This document shows positions 48,401 to 58,983 of a stretch of 64,000 nt of DNA, in pieces. Numbering within the stretch: position 1 is the stretch's first letter; each line of letters starts with the position of its first letter. A model generated the notes under the pieces. That model was not told the origin of the DNA. It did no database searches and saw only the letters and a program-made list of their open reading frames with translations. Source of the stretch: Candidatus Moraniibacteriota bacterium (GTDB lineage: Bacteria > Patescibacteriota > Minisyncoccia > Moranbacterales > UBA1568); contig JAYRRF010000024.1 in the NCBI GenBank assembly GCA_041910335.1, positions 18,529 through 82,528 on the forward strand. The letters run 5' to 3'. The translations under genes were made by a program, and so were the position numbers.

Positions 48401-49621
48401 ATGCCGAAGTTTTTGTATACGGCAAAATCTATTGAAACCGGTCAAGCCAGTTCTGGTGAGACAGTCGCTAAAGACGAAAAAGAACTTGCTCAAGACTTAC
48501 GTAGTCGAGGGTTATTGTTGACGTCTCATCGTGAAGTAGGTGAGAATAAAAAATTGGAAATCAAGTTCCTTGACGGGCTTCGCTCAGTGCCACTCAAGGA
48601 GAAAATGGTCTTTACCCGTAACCTCGCCGTGATGGTTTCTTCCGGATTGACTCTCTCGAGAGGTATTCATAACCTGAGTCTTCAGACTACCCATAAGGGC
48701 TTCAAAAAAATCCTTGAGGATGTTTTCAATGAAGTCCAAGGAGGGAAGTCTCTCTCTGAGGGGTTGGCTAAGTATCCGAAGGTCTTTAGTGAGCTTTTTA
48801 CCAATATGATAGCAGTGGGAGAGGTATCGGGTAACCTCGAAGAAGTCTTGGATATCCTCGCTACTCAGCTCGAGAAAGAAAATGATCTTTTGAGTAAGGT
48901 ACGAGGGGCTCTTATCTACCCGATGGTCATCCTTGTTGCGATGTTTGGCATCGGTGTTTTGATGTTGGTCTATATCTTACCAAGAATCACTGGAGTCTTC
49001 AAAGATATGAATGTCACTCTGCCGGCGTCAACAAGAGCTATCATGGCCTTCAGTGATTTTTTGCGCAATCATTACATTCTTTCTTTTGGCGGACTTTTCC
49101 TCTTCATCTTTGCTGTCAAAACTTTTGCGGGTACGACCACAGGAAGAAATTTTTTCCATTGGCTCTATATTCGCCTTCCTATCGTCGGTAACATTGTCAT
49201 CAAGGTGAACTGCGCACGTTTTGCTCGTATCCATAGCTCACTTTTGAAAAGCGGCGTCTCAGTAGTGACTTCGCTTGGCATCGTGTCCAAGACTTTGGGG
49301 AATGTGTACTACAAGAGAGCTGTAGAGAGTGCTATTGATGGCATTCAAAAGGGAACAGATCTCTCGAAAATCATCGAAGGCTATCCGAAACTGTTTCCTA
49401 TCTTGGTACCGCAGATTATCCAAGTAGGTGAAGAAACAGGAAAGACGGAGCTAGTATTGCAACGTCTCGCTGAGTTTTATGAAGAAGAGGTCTCGCAGAT
49501 TACCAAAAACATGTCTTCTATTATTGAGCCAGTTTTGATGCTACTTATTGGTGGTGGTGTGGGATTTTTTGCAGTGGCGATGTTGCAGCCGATGTATAGT
49601 GTCCTCGAAAATATCAAATAG
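48401..49621 (+). CDS. pilC: Type IV pilus platform protein PilC / T2SS F family
   Basis: FTRNLAVMVSSG, VGEVSGNL, ALIYP, VGEETG, IIEP..AMLQPMY. Confidence 0.92.
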   Translation: MPKFLYTAKSIETGQASSGETVAKDEKELAQDLRSRGLLLTSHREVGENKKLEIKFLDGLRSVPLKEKMVFTRNLAVMVSSGLTLSRGIHNLSLQTTHKGFKKILEDVFNEVQGGKSLSEGLAKYPKVFSELFTNMIAVGEVSGNLEEVLDILATQLEKENDLLSKVRGALIYPMVILVAMFGIGVLMLVYILPRITGVFKDMNVTLPASTRAIMAFSDFLRNHYILSFGGLFLFIFAVKTFAGTTTGRNFFHWLYIRLPIVGNIVIKVNCARFARIHSSLLKSGVSVVTSLGIVSKTLGNVYYKRAVESAIDGIQKGTDLSKIIEGYPKLFPILVPQIIQVGEETGKTELVLQRLAEFYEEEVSQITKNMSSIIEPVLMLLIGGGVGFFAVAMLQPMYSVLENIK

Positions 49622-49624
49622 CGG

Positions 49625-49748
49625 ATTCAAATTATTTTTTGGAGAATTTCATTGTTGCAAGTTCCAGTACTTGCTCAAGGTACTGGTAAGTACCTCTCGC
49701 TCCGTGCTTCACTTGTGCCTCGAACTTCTCTCAAAAAATACTTTGAAT
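49625..49748. repeat. Long inverted-repeat intergenic element (MITE/REP-like)
   Basis: ATTCAAATTATTTTTTGGAGAATTTC ... GAACTTCTCTCAAAAAATACTTTGAAT; inner hairpin CCAGTAC/GTACTGG. Confidence 0.6.
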
Positions 49749-49817
49749 ACAAAGTAGCTTTGACGAATTTGTCTGTTATACGTTCTGGTGCTCGGTCTTG
49801 TACCGTGAAAAGGTAAA

Positions 49818-51200
49818 ATGAAAAAAGAAAATACACAAAAGAAGAGAAGAGGATTCACATTGATTGAGTCGATGATTTTTTTGCTGTTGTTCGCGCTTAT
49901 CTCCACGACTTTTTTTCAGGCGTATATAGTGACAACTCGGACTATTATTGAGTCAAGAAATCGTCTCGGAGGAACTGCTCTCGCCAACCAACGCATGGAG
50001 ATCATCCGGAGTATTGAATATACAACGATTGGTACGAAGCACTGGAATGGGAGCGCTTGGGTATACGGTATTCCAGCGGGAGACCTCATTGAGGAAGAGG
50101 ATGTAAGTGTCAGTGGAGCTCAGTATCATGTCGACACGTTTGTACAGTACGTGGATGATGCTTTTGATGGTGTTACACCGGCAGATACTATACCGACGGA
50201 CTATAAACGTGTGCGTATTACGGTCAGTTGGGGGAGTCGAGGAGCTGATCAGCAAGTGGCACTTTTCGGGAGTTTTTCACCTAATGGGGTGGAGAGTTCG
50301 AGTGGCGGAGGTGTGCTTTCGGTGAATGTGCTTGATGCTGGTGGTAACGGTGTGAGTGGGGCTGATGTTCGGATTCAGAATAGTAGCGCCAGTATTGATA
50401 CAACAGCAACGACAGACGCAACAGGTAATATCACCTTGCCGGGTGCACCAGCAGGCACCCAGAAGTATATTCTTACGGTTTCTAAGTCAGGTTACTTCGG
50501 AGCCAATACGTATGCGCCATATCCTACGACCGCGTACAATCCTGTAGATGTGCATGCTACAGTGGTAGCCAATGTACTCAATCAGAAGTCTATAGTGATG
50601 GATAGGGCAGTGAATATCAAACTCTCCACAGAAGATCCATTCGGGAGCGACGTAGCTAGCGTGCCATTTACTCTGGCAGGTGGGAGGCTGCTTGGTACTA
50701 ATCCGAGTACTTCGGCTGCTGTCTATAACTTCTCTAACTCTTCAACTACCGATGGCAGTGGAGAAAAAACATACTCGAGTCAGAGCTATGGACAATACAC
50801 ATTGACTGTTCCGGATACGGCCACGCATACTTTTTGGAAAATTACACCAGAAACGACAGCGACCAATCTTCTAGATGTTCTTCCAGGAGCTAATGCTGAC
50901 ATCAAGGTAGTGATGGTACCGAAAAACACAGCGGGTCTTTGGGTTACAGTAGTGAATGATGCCAATGGCTTACCAGTGAGTGGAGCTACTGTGAAATTAA
51001 GCAACGCAACACTGCCGTATGATGTAACCCGGACGACTGATGCCTTCGGCAAGGTCTACTTTCCGGAATCAACCTCGGCGCCACTATCAGCAGCTGACTA
51101 CAGCATAGAAATTTCTGCTACTGGCTACACCACCAAGACTGATACGGTCACCGTTGGCACAGCTCTTCTTCAGAAAAGCTATAATCTTGTTGCTAATTAG
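49818..51200 (+). CDS. Prepilin-type minor pilin with carboxypeptidase-regulatory-like repeats
   Basis: RRG|FTLIE cleavage site; VSGADV...TTDATG and PVSGATV...TTDAFG repeats. Confidence 0.85.
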   Translation: MKKENTQKKRRGFTLIESMIFLLLFALISTTFFQAYIVTTRTIIESRNRLGGTALANQRMEIIRSIEYTTIGTKHWNGSAWVYGIPAGDLIEEEDVSVSGAQYHVDTFVQYVDDAFDGVTPADTIPTDYKRVRITVSWGSRGADQQVALFGSFSPNGVESSSGGGVLSVNVLDAGGNGVSGADVRIQNSSASIDTTATTDATGNITLPGAPAGTQKYILTVSKSGYFGANTYAPYPTTAYNPVDVHATVVANVLNQKSIVMDRAVNIKLSTEDPFGSDVASVPFTLAGGRLLGTNPSTSAAVYNFSNSSTTDGSGEKTYSSQSYGQYTLTVPDTATHTFWKITPETTATNLLDVLPGANADIKVVMVPKNTAGLWVTVVNDANGLPVSGATVKLSNATLPYDVTRTTDAFGKVYFPESTSAPLSAADYSIEISATGYTTKTDTVTVGTALLQKSYNLVAN

Positions 51201-51202
51201 GT

Positions 51203-51841
51203 ATGGTATTCTCATTCTCCTCAAAAAAGAAAGGCATGACGTTAATTGAGATGCTCGTAGCTATCTCCATTATGATCATTGCGATGGAGGGATTCACGTA
51301 TGTTTTTGTCAGGTCTTGGGAGAATAATCGCTTCACTATTGAGATGGGACTGGCTTCTACCACAGCTTCGAGAGCAGTGAATCAGACAATTATTCAGCTA
51401 CGCGCTATCAAACAAGCTGACAATGGTGATTTTCCAATTGAGGAAGCTGATGATTTTGACTTGACTATCTATACAGATATTGATGATGATGGTGTAACGG
51501 AGCGAGTGCACTATTATCTTGATTTAGCTACAGATGAATTTAAAAGAGGAGTAACTGATCCTAATACGGCAACTATACCAGTCACGTATCCAAGTGGTGA
51601 CACGACCACCACAGTCATGGCAAAATACATTACGAACAGTAGTACGGAGCCAATTTTTCACTACTACAATGGAGATTATCCTGGAGATACAGTAAATAAC
51701 CCACTTGCTACTCCTGCGAGTGTTGGTAATATTCAGCTTGTGAAAGTGAAAATCAAGGTCAATATTAACCCAGCTAGGGCACCAGAAAACATCAATCTTG
51801 AATCATTTGTTGATTTACGTAATATGCACAACTATGAGTAG
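51203..51841 (+). CDS. Prepilin-type minor pilin (PilW-like)
   Basis: KKG|MTLIEMLVAI. Confidence 0.85.
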   Translation: MVFSFSSKKKGMTLIEMLVAISIMIIAMEGFTYVFVRSWENNRFTIEMGLASTTASRAVNQTIIQLRAIKQADNGDFPIEEADDFDLTIYTDIDDDGVTERVHYYLDLATDEFKRGVTDPNTATIPVTYPSGDTTTTVMAKYITNSSTEPIFHYYNGDYPGDTVNNPLATPASVGNIQLVKVKIKVNINPARAPENINLESFVDLRNMHNYE

Positions 51842-53252
51842 GAAATCCTTTTCTTCAGCAAAAAGAAAGGGTACGGCCCTTGTGTACGGTCTTATCATTA
51901 TGACAGTAGTGTCTATTGTTTTGACGTCTATTATTACCTTTGTGGCCAACTACACTAAGTATTCATTGCAGATTCACGCGCGTGAGCAAGCATTTCAGGT
52001 AGCTGAATCAGGTATCCATTTCTATCGCTGGTATCTTGCTCATCAGGTGGAGGGAAGGACTGCTTCGCAGATAGCTGCTTTTTGGGCAGGCACTCCGTAT
52101 GGAGTAGCTACACCATATGAGGTCGAATACAAAGATCCATCAGGGAGTGCTATAGGTAAATATAAGCTTGAAGTGGTACCACCCTCAGGTACATCTACTA
52201 TTGTGACAGTCAAGTCAACAGGTTGGACGTACCGTTACCCGAATGACAAACGTGTTATTGAAGTACGTTTTCGTAAGCCAGCCTGGAGTGAGGATATCGT
52301 GCTCGCGAACGATGTGTTGCGTTTCGGAGCTGGAACAGAAGTGTTTGGCAAAATCCATTCAAATGAGGGAATTCGCTTCGATGGCGTAGCTCATAATCTT
52401 ATCTCAAGCTCAGTATCTACTTATGATGACCCGGATCATACTGGAGGAAACGAATTCGGAGTACATACGCATGACAGTCCAGTAGATCCATTACCACCAG
52501 CAGCAGTACCGACACGCGCGGATGTTTTTGAAGGCGGAAGAAAATTCCCCGTTACAGCCACTGACTTTAATGGAGTTTTGGGGGATTTAGCTTATATGAA
52601 AAGTGAAGCTCAGGCGGGTACGAATGGGAGTAGGTACTTCAATAATACTGGACAAGGGAGACATATTATTCTCAATACGAACGATACTTTCACTATTCGT
52701 ACGGTGCAGAGTTTCAACGCTGCCACGAACCAGATTATCAATTATTCAGGTGGATGGTCCACCTACAATCTTCCAGAAGACGGTGTTATTTTTGTAGAAA
52801 ATAATGTTTGGATCTCTGGCGCAATTGATTCGCGACATGTCACGGTAGTAGCTGCTAATCTTACCTCTGCCTCACAGAAATCTATCTATATTGGTAATGA
52901 TATTCGTTATACCAATTATACGAACTGTACCGATATTCTCGGGATTATTGGACAGAATGATGTTGAAATATTTCGAGCCAGTGAAGACGACCTTCGTATC
53001 GATGCTTCCTTGATTGCGCAAAACGGTCGTGTAGGAAGGGCACATTATAGTGGTGGCGGAGGCGATTTGGTGAAGTCGGTGATTACAGTGTACGGTGCTA
53101 TAGCAACTAATCAGCGCTACGGTTTTGCTTGGACTGATGGTACGGGCTATACCACGAGGAATCTCTACTACGATAATAATCTCTTGTATTGTCCTCCGCC
53201 ATACTTTCCAACAGGTACGCAGTATGAAATGGATTTATGGAAAGAGTACTAA
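51834..53252 (+). CDS. PilX-like minor pilin
   Basis: RKG|TALVY, QAFQVAESGI (PilX N-terminal pattern). Confidence 0.8.
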   Translation: MSRKSFSSAKRKGTALVYGLIIMTVVSIVLTSIITFVANYTKYSLQIHAREQAFQVAESGIHFYRWYLAHQVEGRTASQIAAFWAGTPYGVATPYEVEYKDPSGSAIGKYKLEVVPPSGTSTIVTVKSTGWTYRYPNDKRVIEVRFRKPAWSEDIVLANDVLRFGAGTEVFGKIHSNEGIRFDGVAHNLISSSVSTYDDPDHTGGNEFGVHTHDSPVDPLPPAAVPTRADVFEGGRKFPVTATDFNGVLGDLAYMKSEAQAGTNGSRYFNNTGQGRHIILNTNDTFTIRTVQSFNAATNQIINYSGGWSTYNLPEDGVIFVENNVWISGAIDSRHVTVVAANLTSASQKSIYIGNDIRYTNYTNCTDILGIIGQNDVEIFRASEDDLRIDASLIAQNGRVGRAHYSGGGGDLVKSVITVYGAIATNQRYGFAWTDGTGYTTRNLYYDNNLLYCPPPYFPTGTQYEMDLWKEY

Positions 53253-53293
53253 AAATCTGTTAAAATAGACACAAAAGAAAAATCAAAAGTAGA

Positions 53294-54388
53294 ATGAGTA
53301 TTTTGCAGAAAAAAATTATCAACCTTTTCCCTACCTCGTTTGGGCTTGATCTTTCTGATCTCTCAGTGAAAGCTGTTTGGCTTGAGCGAAATGGCAGTCG
53401 AGAATCCATTGCGAGCTTTGGCTCCGTACCTATTCCGGCGGGGGCTATTTCTGATGGAGAAATCATAGATGCTGAAGCCGTTAAGGTAGCGATTAAGAAT
53501 CTTCTGGAAAAAGCAGGTCCGAAAAAGATTAAGACCAAGAAAGTCATTTGTTCTTTACCAGAAACAAAGGCTTTTTTGCGTATCATTACACTGCCTCGCA
53601 TGCAACCAGATGAAGTCCGTGAAGCCATCAAATGGGAGATAGAAGCTAATATTCCATTAACACTTGATCAAGTATATTACGACTGGCAGATGCTCGACCT
53701 GAATGTGACCAATGAAAAAGATAAAATGAGCGTTCTGGTTATTGCAGTATCTCGAACGAACGTAGATCAGTTTCAAGAGGTGCTTGAAGGAGCAGGCTTG
53801 GAGCCGCTTGGCCTTGAGACGGAATCTGTTGCAGAAGCCAGGAGTTTACTCCTTGAGAGTGATGAAAAAAGAACAACACTCATCGTAGATATAGGTGATC
53901 GTCGCTCGAGTTTCTTAGTAGCTATTGGTAATAGCCCATGTTTTACTTCGAGTGTACCACTTTCATCACAGATGATGACAGATGCTATTTCTAAGTCGCT
54001 TCAGATTTCTTTCGATGATGCTGAAACAATGAAGATTAAGCATGGTCTTGGGTCACTTGCTGAGAAAAGTCCAGCATTTCTGGCCTGTGAACCAATTCTT
54101 GAAAGTATTGCTGTAGAAATTGAGAAGTCAGTAGACTTTTTTCTGACCAACTTCACTCTTGTTGAGAAAATTGACCATATCGTTTTTTGTGGTGGAGGAT
54201 CCAATATGCATGGATTATTGCCATATATGGCTAAGCGTCTTGGCAGACCAGTGGAGAATGGTAATCCTTGGATCAATCTTCGACTAGGTAAAAGGCTGCC
54301 ATTGATTGATCGAGAGCATTCAGTTCAGTATTCAACCGCTATTGGTCTAGCATTGCGAGGCCTTGATGAATATGAAGATTTTACTTAA
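53294..54388 (+). CDS. pilM: Type IV pilus assembly protein PilM
   Basis: FGLDLSD, IVDIGD, FCGGGS, AIGLALRG actin-like motifs. Confidence 0.9.
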   Translation: MSILQKKIINLFPTSFGLDLSDLSVKAVWLERNGSRESIASFGSVPIPAGAISDGEIIDAEAVKVAIKNLLEKAGPKKIKTKKVICSLPETKAFLRIITLPRMQPDEVREAIKWEIEANIPLTLDQVYYDWQMLDLNVTNEKDKMSVLVIAVSRTNVDQFQEVLEGAGLEPLGLETESVAEARSLLLESDEKRTTLIVDIGDRRSSFLVAIGNSPCFTSSVPLSSQMMTDAISKSLQISFDDAETMKIKHGLGSLAEKSPAFLACEPILESIAVEIEKSVDFFLTNFTLVEKIDHIVFCGGGSNMHGLLPYMAKRLGRPVENGNPWINLRLGKRLPLIDREHSVQYSTAIGLALRGLDEYEDFT

Positions 54389-54938
54389 CCTCCTCCCAGA
54401 AGAAAAAAAGTCTGCAATTGAGCGCGGTCTGCACGCTCGAATTTTGTTGTGGCAATTTTTTCTTCTCTTTTTTCTTGAAATCTTTTTCATAGGTCTTTTG
54501 GTGACCATTATTGTGCTGTTACGCGTGGAGTTTGAAAGTGTCAAACTTTCTGCTCAGAATGCTGATCAGGCGGTGCAGGGTGACAAAAAAGATCTCGCTC
54601 GTTATGAAGAGAAATTCGCGGGCACTAACGAGGCTATCGGTACGATTGGTAAAATTCAGATGAGTCATTTTCATTTCACACAACTCTTCCGTATTCTTGA
54701 TATGACACAGCCAAAAGAGGTGTTGTTGCGTCAGATGGTTACCAAAGATAGAGTAGTGTCCCTTACGGGAGTAGCAAAAACTCGAGAAGATCTTCTTGCC
54801 TTTGAAGAGCAGCTGAAAGGATCTGTTTGTGTAGAGAATGTCAACGTGCCTCTGTCAAACCTCTTTTCTCAGAAAGACTTGGAGTTCCAAATGGATTTCA
54901 CTATTACGCTAGACTGTTTACGGAAAAATAGCTTATGA
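54372..54938 (+). CDS. pilN: PilN-like protein
   Basis: LNLLP motif followed by a TM; follows pilM. Confidence 0.8.
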   Translation: MKILLNLLPEEKKSAIERGLHARILLWQFFLLFFLEIFFIGLLVTIIVLLRVEFESVKLSAQNADQAVQGDKKDLARYEEKFAGTNEAIGTIGKIQMSHFHFTQLFRILDMTQPKEVLLRQMVTKDRVVSLTGVAKTREDLLAFEEQLKGSVCVENVNVPLSNLFSQKDLEFQMDFTITLDCLRKNSL

Positions 54939-55708
54939 AAGACTTCTTCAAAAAGTATCAATTGACGATAGGCACTGTTGCGCTCATACTCCTCATGGGA
55001 TTGACGGGCTGGTTTGGTATTTTACCGCTGTATCAGCAGATATTTTCATTACGTGACGAAATTCAGAAAGAAATAGTGCGTCAACAAAATCAAGAAAAGC
55101 AACTGAAGTATCTTCCAGAGTTGAAGAAACAGTATGATGCAGTGTTGGTGGATGAAGGATATTTCGATATTCTTCTTACGGAAGAAAAAGTAGTTAGTTT
55201 TATCCGTACTGTGGAAGGCGTGGCAAGTGAGAGTGACGTGGAAATTAAAATTCAGTCAAATGATGCTGCTCTTGATACACCGACGAAGAAGAAAGGTGCT
55301 AGCAATAATGATGAGACTACAGCCAATAATCCAGCGAGCGATGGCGATCAAAAAAAGTCGAAACTCTTAGCAGAACTTCTTCCTTTTGGGAACTCTCTAC
55401 GATTGACCCTGACCCTCAAGGGAGACTACGCAGCTTTGGTTAAGTTTCTTTCTCGACTCGAGTCATTACCAGTAGCGCTGGATGTTGTATCTGTGGAAGT
55501 ACGACAACCGATACAAAACGACAATTCCACAGAAGGTGATGTGCGTTCTGTGAACCCATTTACAGGTACTGGTGATGCAGGACAGACTAATAAAACATCT
55601 CCAGATATATCTAAGGATGGCGGGTTGCCAGCAGAAATTACTCAGCCAATTTCACCAAAACTCGAGATGGTGGTAGATTTACTAGTCTATGTCGATAAGC
55701 AGAAATAA
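54935..55708 (+). CDS. PilO-like protein
   Basis: TM + coiled coil + LKGDYAALVKFLSRLESLP. Confidence 0.75.
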   Translation: MKDFFKKYQLTIGTVALILLMGLTGWFGILPLYQQIFSLRDEIQKEIVRQQNQEKQLKYLPELKKQYDAVLVDEGYFDILLTEEKVVSFIRTVEGVASESDVEIKIQSNDAALDTPTKKKGASNNDETTANNPASDGDQKKSKLLAELLPFGNSLRLTLTLKGDYAALVKFLSRLESLPVALDVVSVEVRQPIQNDNSTEGDVRSVNPFTGTGDAGQTNKTSPDISKDGGLPAEITQPISPKLEMVVDLLVYVDKQK

Positions 55709-55712
55709 CGGT

Positions 55713-56051
55713 ATGGATATACAGTCAATACATATAGCAGATATTCAAAAACACTTCTCGTTTCGACGAGTGACGCTTTTTTGGTATCGTCACTTCAAGC
55801 TTATGTTTATATTGTTATTCTTTCTGATGCTCGGATTTGCAGCCTTTCTTTGGTATAGCAGTGTTTATCACTACGAATGGGATGAAAGCCAGAAAAAGGC
55901 ATATATAGAACAAACGTTTACAGAGACGAACCTGAAAGAAAAAGAGTTTCAGAAACTTTTGGAAAGTCTAAGACAAAGAAAAATAGAGTATGAAAATCCA
56001 TTTGAGATAAACAGAAACCTTTTTACTGGCGAACCTCTAGTCAAGAATTAG
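55713..56051 (+). CDS. Hypothetical membrane protein at the end of the pilus operon
   Basis: Single TM; operonic position. Confidence 0.7.
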   Translation: MDIQSIHIADIQKHFSFRRVTLFWYRHFKLMFILLFFLMLGFAAFLWYSSVYHYEWDESQKKAYIEQTFTETNLKEKEFQKLLESLRQRKIEYENPFEINRNLFTGEPLVKN

Positions 56052-56066
56052 CAAAAAAAGAAAAGA

Positions 56067-56092
56067 AAAAACCCTCGCTAACGAGGGTTTTT
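56067..56092 (+). terminator. Rho-independent terminator
   Basis: AAAAACCCTCG-CTAA-CGAGGGTTTTT. Confidence 0.85.
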
Positions 56093-56147
56093 CAATAAGA
56101 ATAGGGTGTGTTGACGAAGAGGATAAAAAGTGGCAGAATAAAGAGCT

Positions 56148-57197
56148 ATGTTTATAGAAGATCGCCTTACATTTTTTAAAGAAACCTTCCCGAGTAGTCC
56201 GGCGTATCGTCAGGAGCAGTTTGTGCGCGCTTTTTTTACACCAGGGTTTCGTTCTATTGAAGATATCACGACTTTGAGTAAAGTTGATAGAGAAGCTCTA
56301 GCACAGGTGTCTTGGCAGGCATTTGCCGACGTTCTTATTTTAGAAAGCAAGAAGGGTGATACTTACAAAGCACTCATCACTCTCCATGATGGTAAAAAAA
56401 TAGAAACTGTTCTCATGCAAAATGCTCGTGGACACTGGACGGTCTGTGTTTCTTCTCAGGTAGGTTGTGCCATGGCGTGTACGTTTTGTGCCACAGGTAC
56501 AATGGGCTTTACACGTAACTTAACGGTAGATGAAATAGTCGATCAGTATCGTGTATGGATGATGTATCTCGAGGACCATCCAGAATTGACTGGGCAGATC
56601 ACTAATATCGTCTTTATGGGGATGGGGGAACCACTCGCTAATTATCAGAACGTCAAGCAAACAATAGAAACGATTCTTCGGTATACCGAAATAGGACCGA
56701 CACGTATCACGGTATCTACAGTGGGTCTTATTCCCATGCTCCACAAGCTTTTGGATGATGAGACATGGCCACCGGTACGCCTTGCCGTTTCGCTTCATAG
56801 TGCAGATGCTAAGACTCGGACCAATATTATGCCGAGCTCGTATCCGCAGTTTCTTGATAAACTTCTCGAATGGACAGAGAAATACTTTGCTAAATTTTCT
56901 AGTCGTAGACGACACCTGACTTTCGAGTATGTTATGCTGTCTAAAGTAAATGACACAAGCATGCATGCTAAGGCTTTGATACAGTTCGCTCGTCGAGTAG
57001 GGAAGGTGCGTATCAATCTTATCCCATATAATTTCACAGGAGAAGTGTATCGAGATAGTCTTCCAGCTGACTTTGCGCGTTTTGAAGCGGAACTTCGTGA
57101 AGCAGGAGTATTAGTCACCCGCAGAAGAACGATGGGGGACGATATTGCAGCTGCTTGCGGGCAATTAGTAGTAGAAAAAAATAATACAAATATATGA
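56148..57197 (+). CDS. rlmN: 23S rRNA m2A2503 radical-SAM methyltransferase
   Basis: CVSSQVGCAMACTFCATG, FMGMGEP, DIAAACGQL. Confidence 0.93.
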   Translation: MFIEDRLTFFKETFPSSPAYRQEQFVRAFFTPGFRSIEDITTLSKVDREALAQVSWQAFADVLILESKKGDTYKALITLHDGKKIETVLMQNARGHWTVCVSSQVGCAMACTFCATGTMGFTRNLTVDEIVDQYRVWMMYLEDHPELTGQITNIVFMGMGEPLANYQNVKQTIETILRYTEIGPTRITVSTVGLIPMLHKLLDDETWPPVRLAVSLHSADAKTRTNIMPSSYPQFLDKLLEWTEKYFAKFSSRRRHLTFEYVMLSKVNDTSMHAKALIQFARRVGKVRINLIPYNFTGEVYRDSLPADFARFEAELREAGVLVTRRRTMGDDIAAACGQLVVEKNNTNI

Positions 57198-57745
57198 TCA
57201 ATCGGTATGTCATTGGAATAGTAGGTGGGCCAGGAACTGGCAAAGACACGATAGCAAGACTCTTACCGGAAGTGGTAGGTGAGTCAGTCGAGGTGTTATC
57301 TTTTAGTCGTCTCATTATTGATGAGTACTGTAAGCCGCTTGGTATTGAGCCAACTCATACCAATCTCCAGTTTATCGGTAATGCTATCCGTCCGGAGTGG
57401 ATTCATGAGCGTATCTATCAGAAGATAGAGCAGTCGAATGCTAAATACTTTGTCATTCCTTCCATTCGTCGAGAGGGGGATTTTCTTTTTGTACGGAGTT
57501 TTCCAAAGCATCTTCTTATCGCTGTAGAGACTGAGGGGCGGATAGCTTATGAGCGCATGAAACAGCGTAATGAGAAGCCTAATGAAGATAAATTGACCTG
57601 GGAAGAATACTTAGTGCTTTGCAATGCTCCAATTGACCAGGAAGTGCCGAAACTGAGGAAACAAGCAGACGCAACCTTAGAGAATAATGGCACGGTAGAG
57701 GAGCTCAAAGAAAAACTTAAGCAGATATTTAGTGAAGTTGCATGA
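57194..57745 (+). CDS. P-loop nucleotide kinase (dephospho-CoA kinase-like)
   Basis: GIVGGPGTGKDT, ADATLENNGT. Confidence 0.7.
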   Translation: MINRYVIGIVGGPGTGKDTIARLLPEVVGESVEVLSFSRLIIDEYCKPLGIEPTHTNLQFIGNAIRPEWIHERIYQKIEQSNAKYFVIPSIRREGDFLFVRSFPKHLLIAVETEGRIAYERMKQRNEKPNEDKLTWEEYLVLCNAPIDQEVPKLRKQADATLENNGTVEELKEKLKQIFSEVA

Positions 57746-58890
57746 GTAAGTATTTCATCAAAACTTTTGGCTGTCAGCAGAATGTGGCTGATAGTGAGCG
57801 ACTTGCGAGTTACTATGAGGCTCGAGGCATGACTCCAGGTACAGGCCAGGAAGACTGTGATGTTCTTATCTTGAATACCTGTGTGATTCGAGATAAAGCC
57901 GAAGAGCGAGTCTATGGTCAAATGAAGAGTCTTAAAGAGAAGCTCGGAGATAAAATGCCACATGTGGTAGTGACTGGGTGTTTGGTGGGGAGTGCAGCAC
58001 GAGTACCTGGCGGCAAGATGATGAAGCGACTCAAGCACCGTCTACCTGACGCTGAGATTCTCCCACTCGAAGATATTGGTTTTGAACATGCACCGAAACG
58101 CAAGAGTGGCAAGGAAGCGAGTATTGTCATCTCCAATGGCTGTAATAACTTTTGTGCCTTTTGTATTGTACCTTTTGCGCGGGGCAAAGAAATATCACGT
58201 CCATATGCAGAAATCTTAGAAGAGGTGCAAGAGAGTATTAATAATGGATTTACTGAGATCATGCTCTTGGGTCAGAATGTTAACTCCTATGGGGCAGATC
58301 TCCTGATGGGCGCACTGAAGGACAAAGAAAAATATGAGCTACCGAGCGGTGAGCTCGTTGATCCTGTGATGGTGAAGCATCTGGGGCGTCACCGTATCCC
58401 AACATTGTTCACCTACCTCCTTCGTGATGTAGCAGAAATACCTGGGGTAGAGAAAGTCACTTTCCTCTCATCAAATCCTTGGGACTTCTCTGATGAGCTT
58501 ATTGAAGTGATGGCTACTCATAAGAACATCAATCGGGTTCTTCATCTACCGGTGCAGGCAGGGAGTAATACTGTTATCAAACGGATGAATCGTTGGTATA
58601 CCCGAGAAGAGTACCTTGATCTTGTCGCGAAGTTACGAAAAGCGATGCCAGATATCAAGATCACCACCGACATCATCGTTGGTTTTCCGGGGGAGACTAT
58701 CTCAGACTTTGAAGAAACCAAGAAGCTGGTCGAAGAGGTAGGATTTGTCCAGACCTTCATTGCCTGGTATTCACCGCGTCCTGGGACAGCAGCTACGAAA
58801 GGTATGGAAGATGATATACCAATAGAAGAGAAACAACGTCGTTTTCATGAGTTGGACGAGCTCGCGTATAAAGGTGAGAGCTATTATTAG
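57742..58890 (+). CDS. miaB: MiaB-family methylthiotransferase lacking the TRAM domain
   Basis: TFGCQQN, NTC, TGC; GCNNFCAFCIVP; DIIVGFPGET; YSPRPGT. Confidence 0.85.
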   Translation: MSKYFIKTFGCQQNVADSERLASYYEARGMTPGTGQEDCDVLILNTCVIRDKAEERVYGQMKSLKEKLGDKMPHVVVTGCLVGSAARVPGGKMMKRLKHRLPDAEILPLEDIGFEHAPKRKSGKEASIVISNGCNNFCAFCIVPFARGKEISRPYAEILEEVQESINNGFTEIMLLGQNVNSYGADLLMGALKDKEKYELPSGELVDPVMVKHLGRHRIPTLFTYLLRDVAEIPGVEKVTFLSSNPWDFSDELIEVMATHKNINRVLHLPVQAGSNTVIKRMNRWYTREEYLDLVAKLRKAMPDIKITTDIIVGFPGETISDFEETKKLVEEVGFVQTFIAWYSPRPGTAATKGMEDDIPIEEKQRRFHELDELAYKGESYY

Positions 58891-58983
58891 ATTTTCCTAT
58901 TTTTGGAAATAAAAAACAGCCTTTCGGCTCAGTATTTTTGGTGGGTAGGAGGGAGTGCTGTTGCACACCCTCCTCCCAAGTTG

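Noticed and set aside
57742-58890. miaB pseudogene because TRAM is missing
   Set aside because: All six Fe-S cysteines and the core motifs are intact, and no frameshifted TRAM remnant is evident downstream
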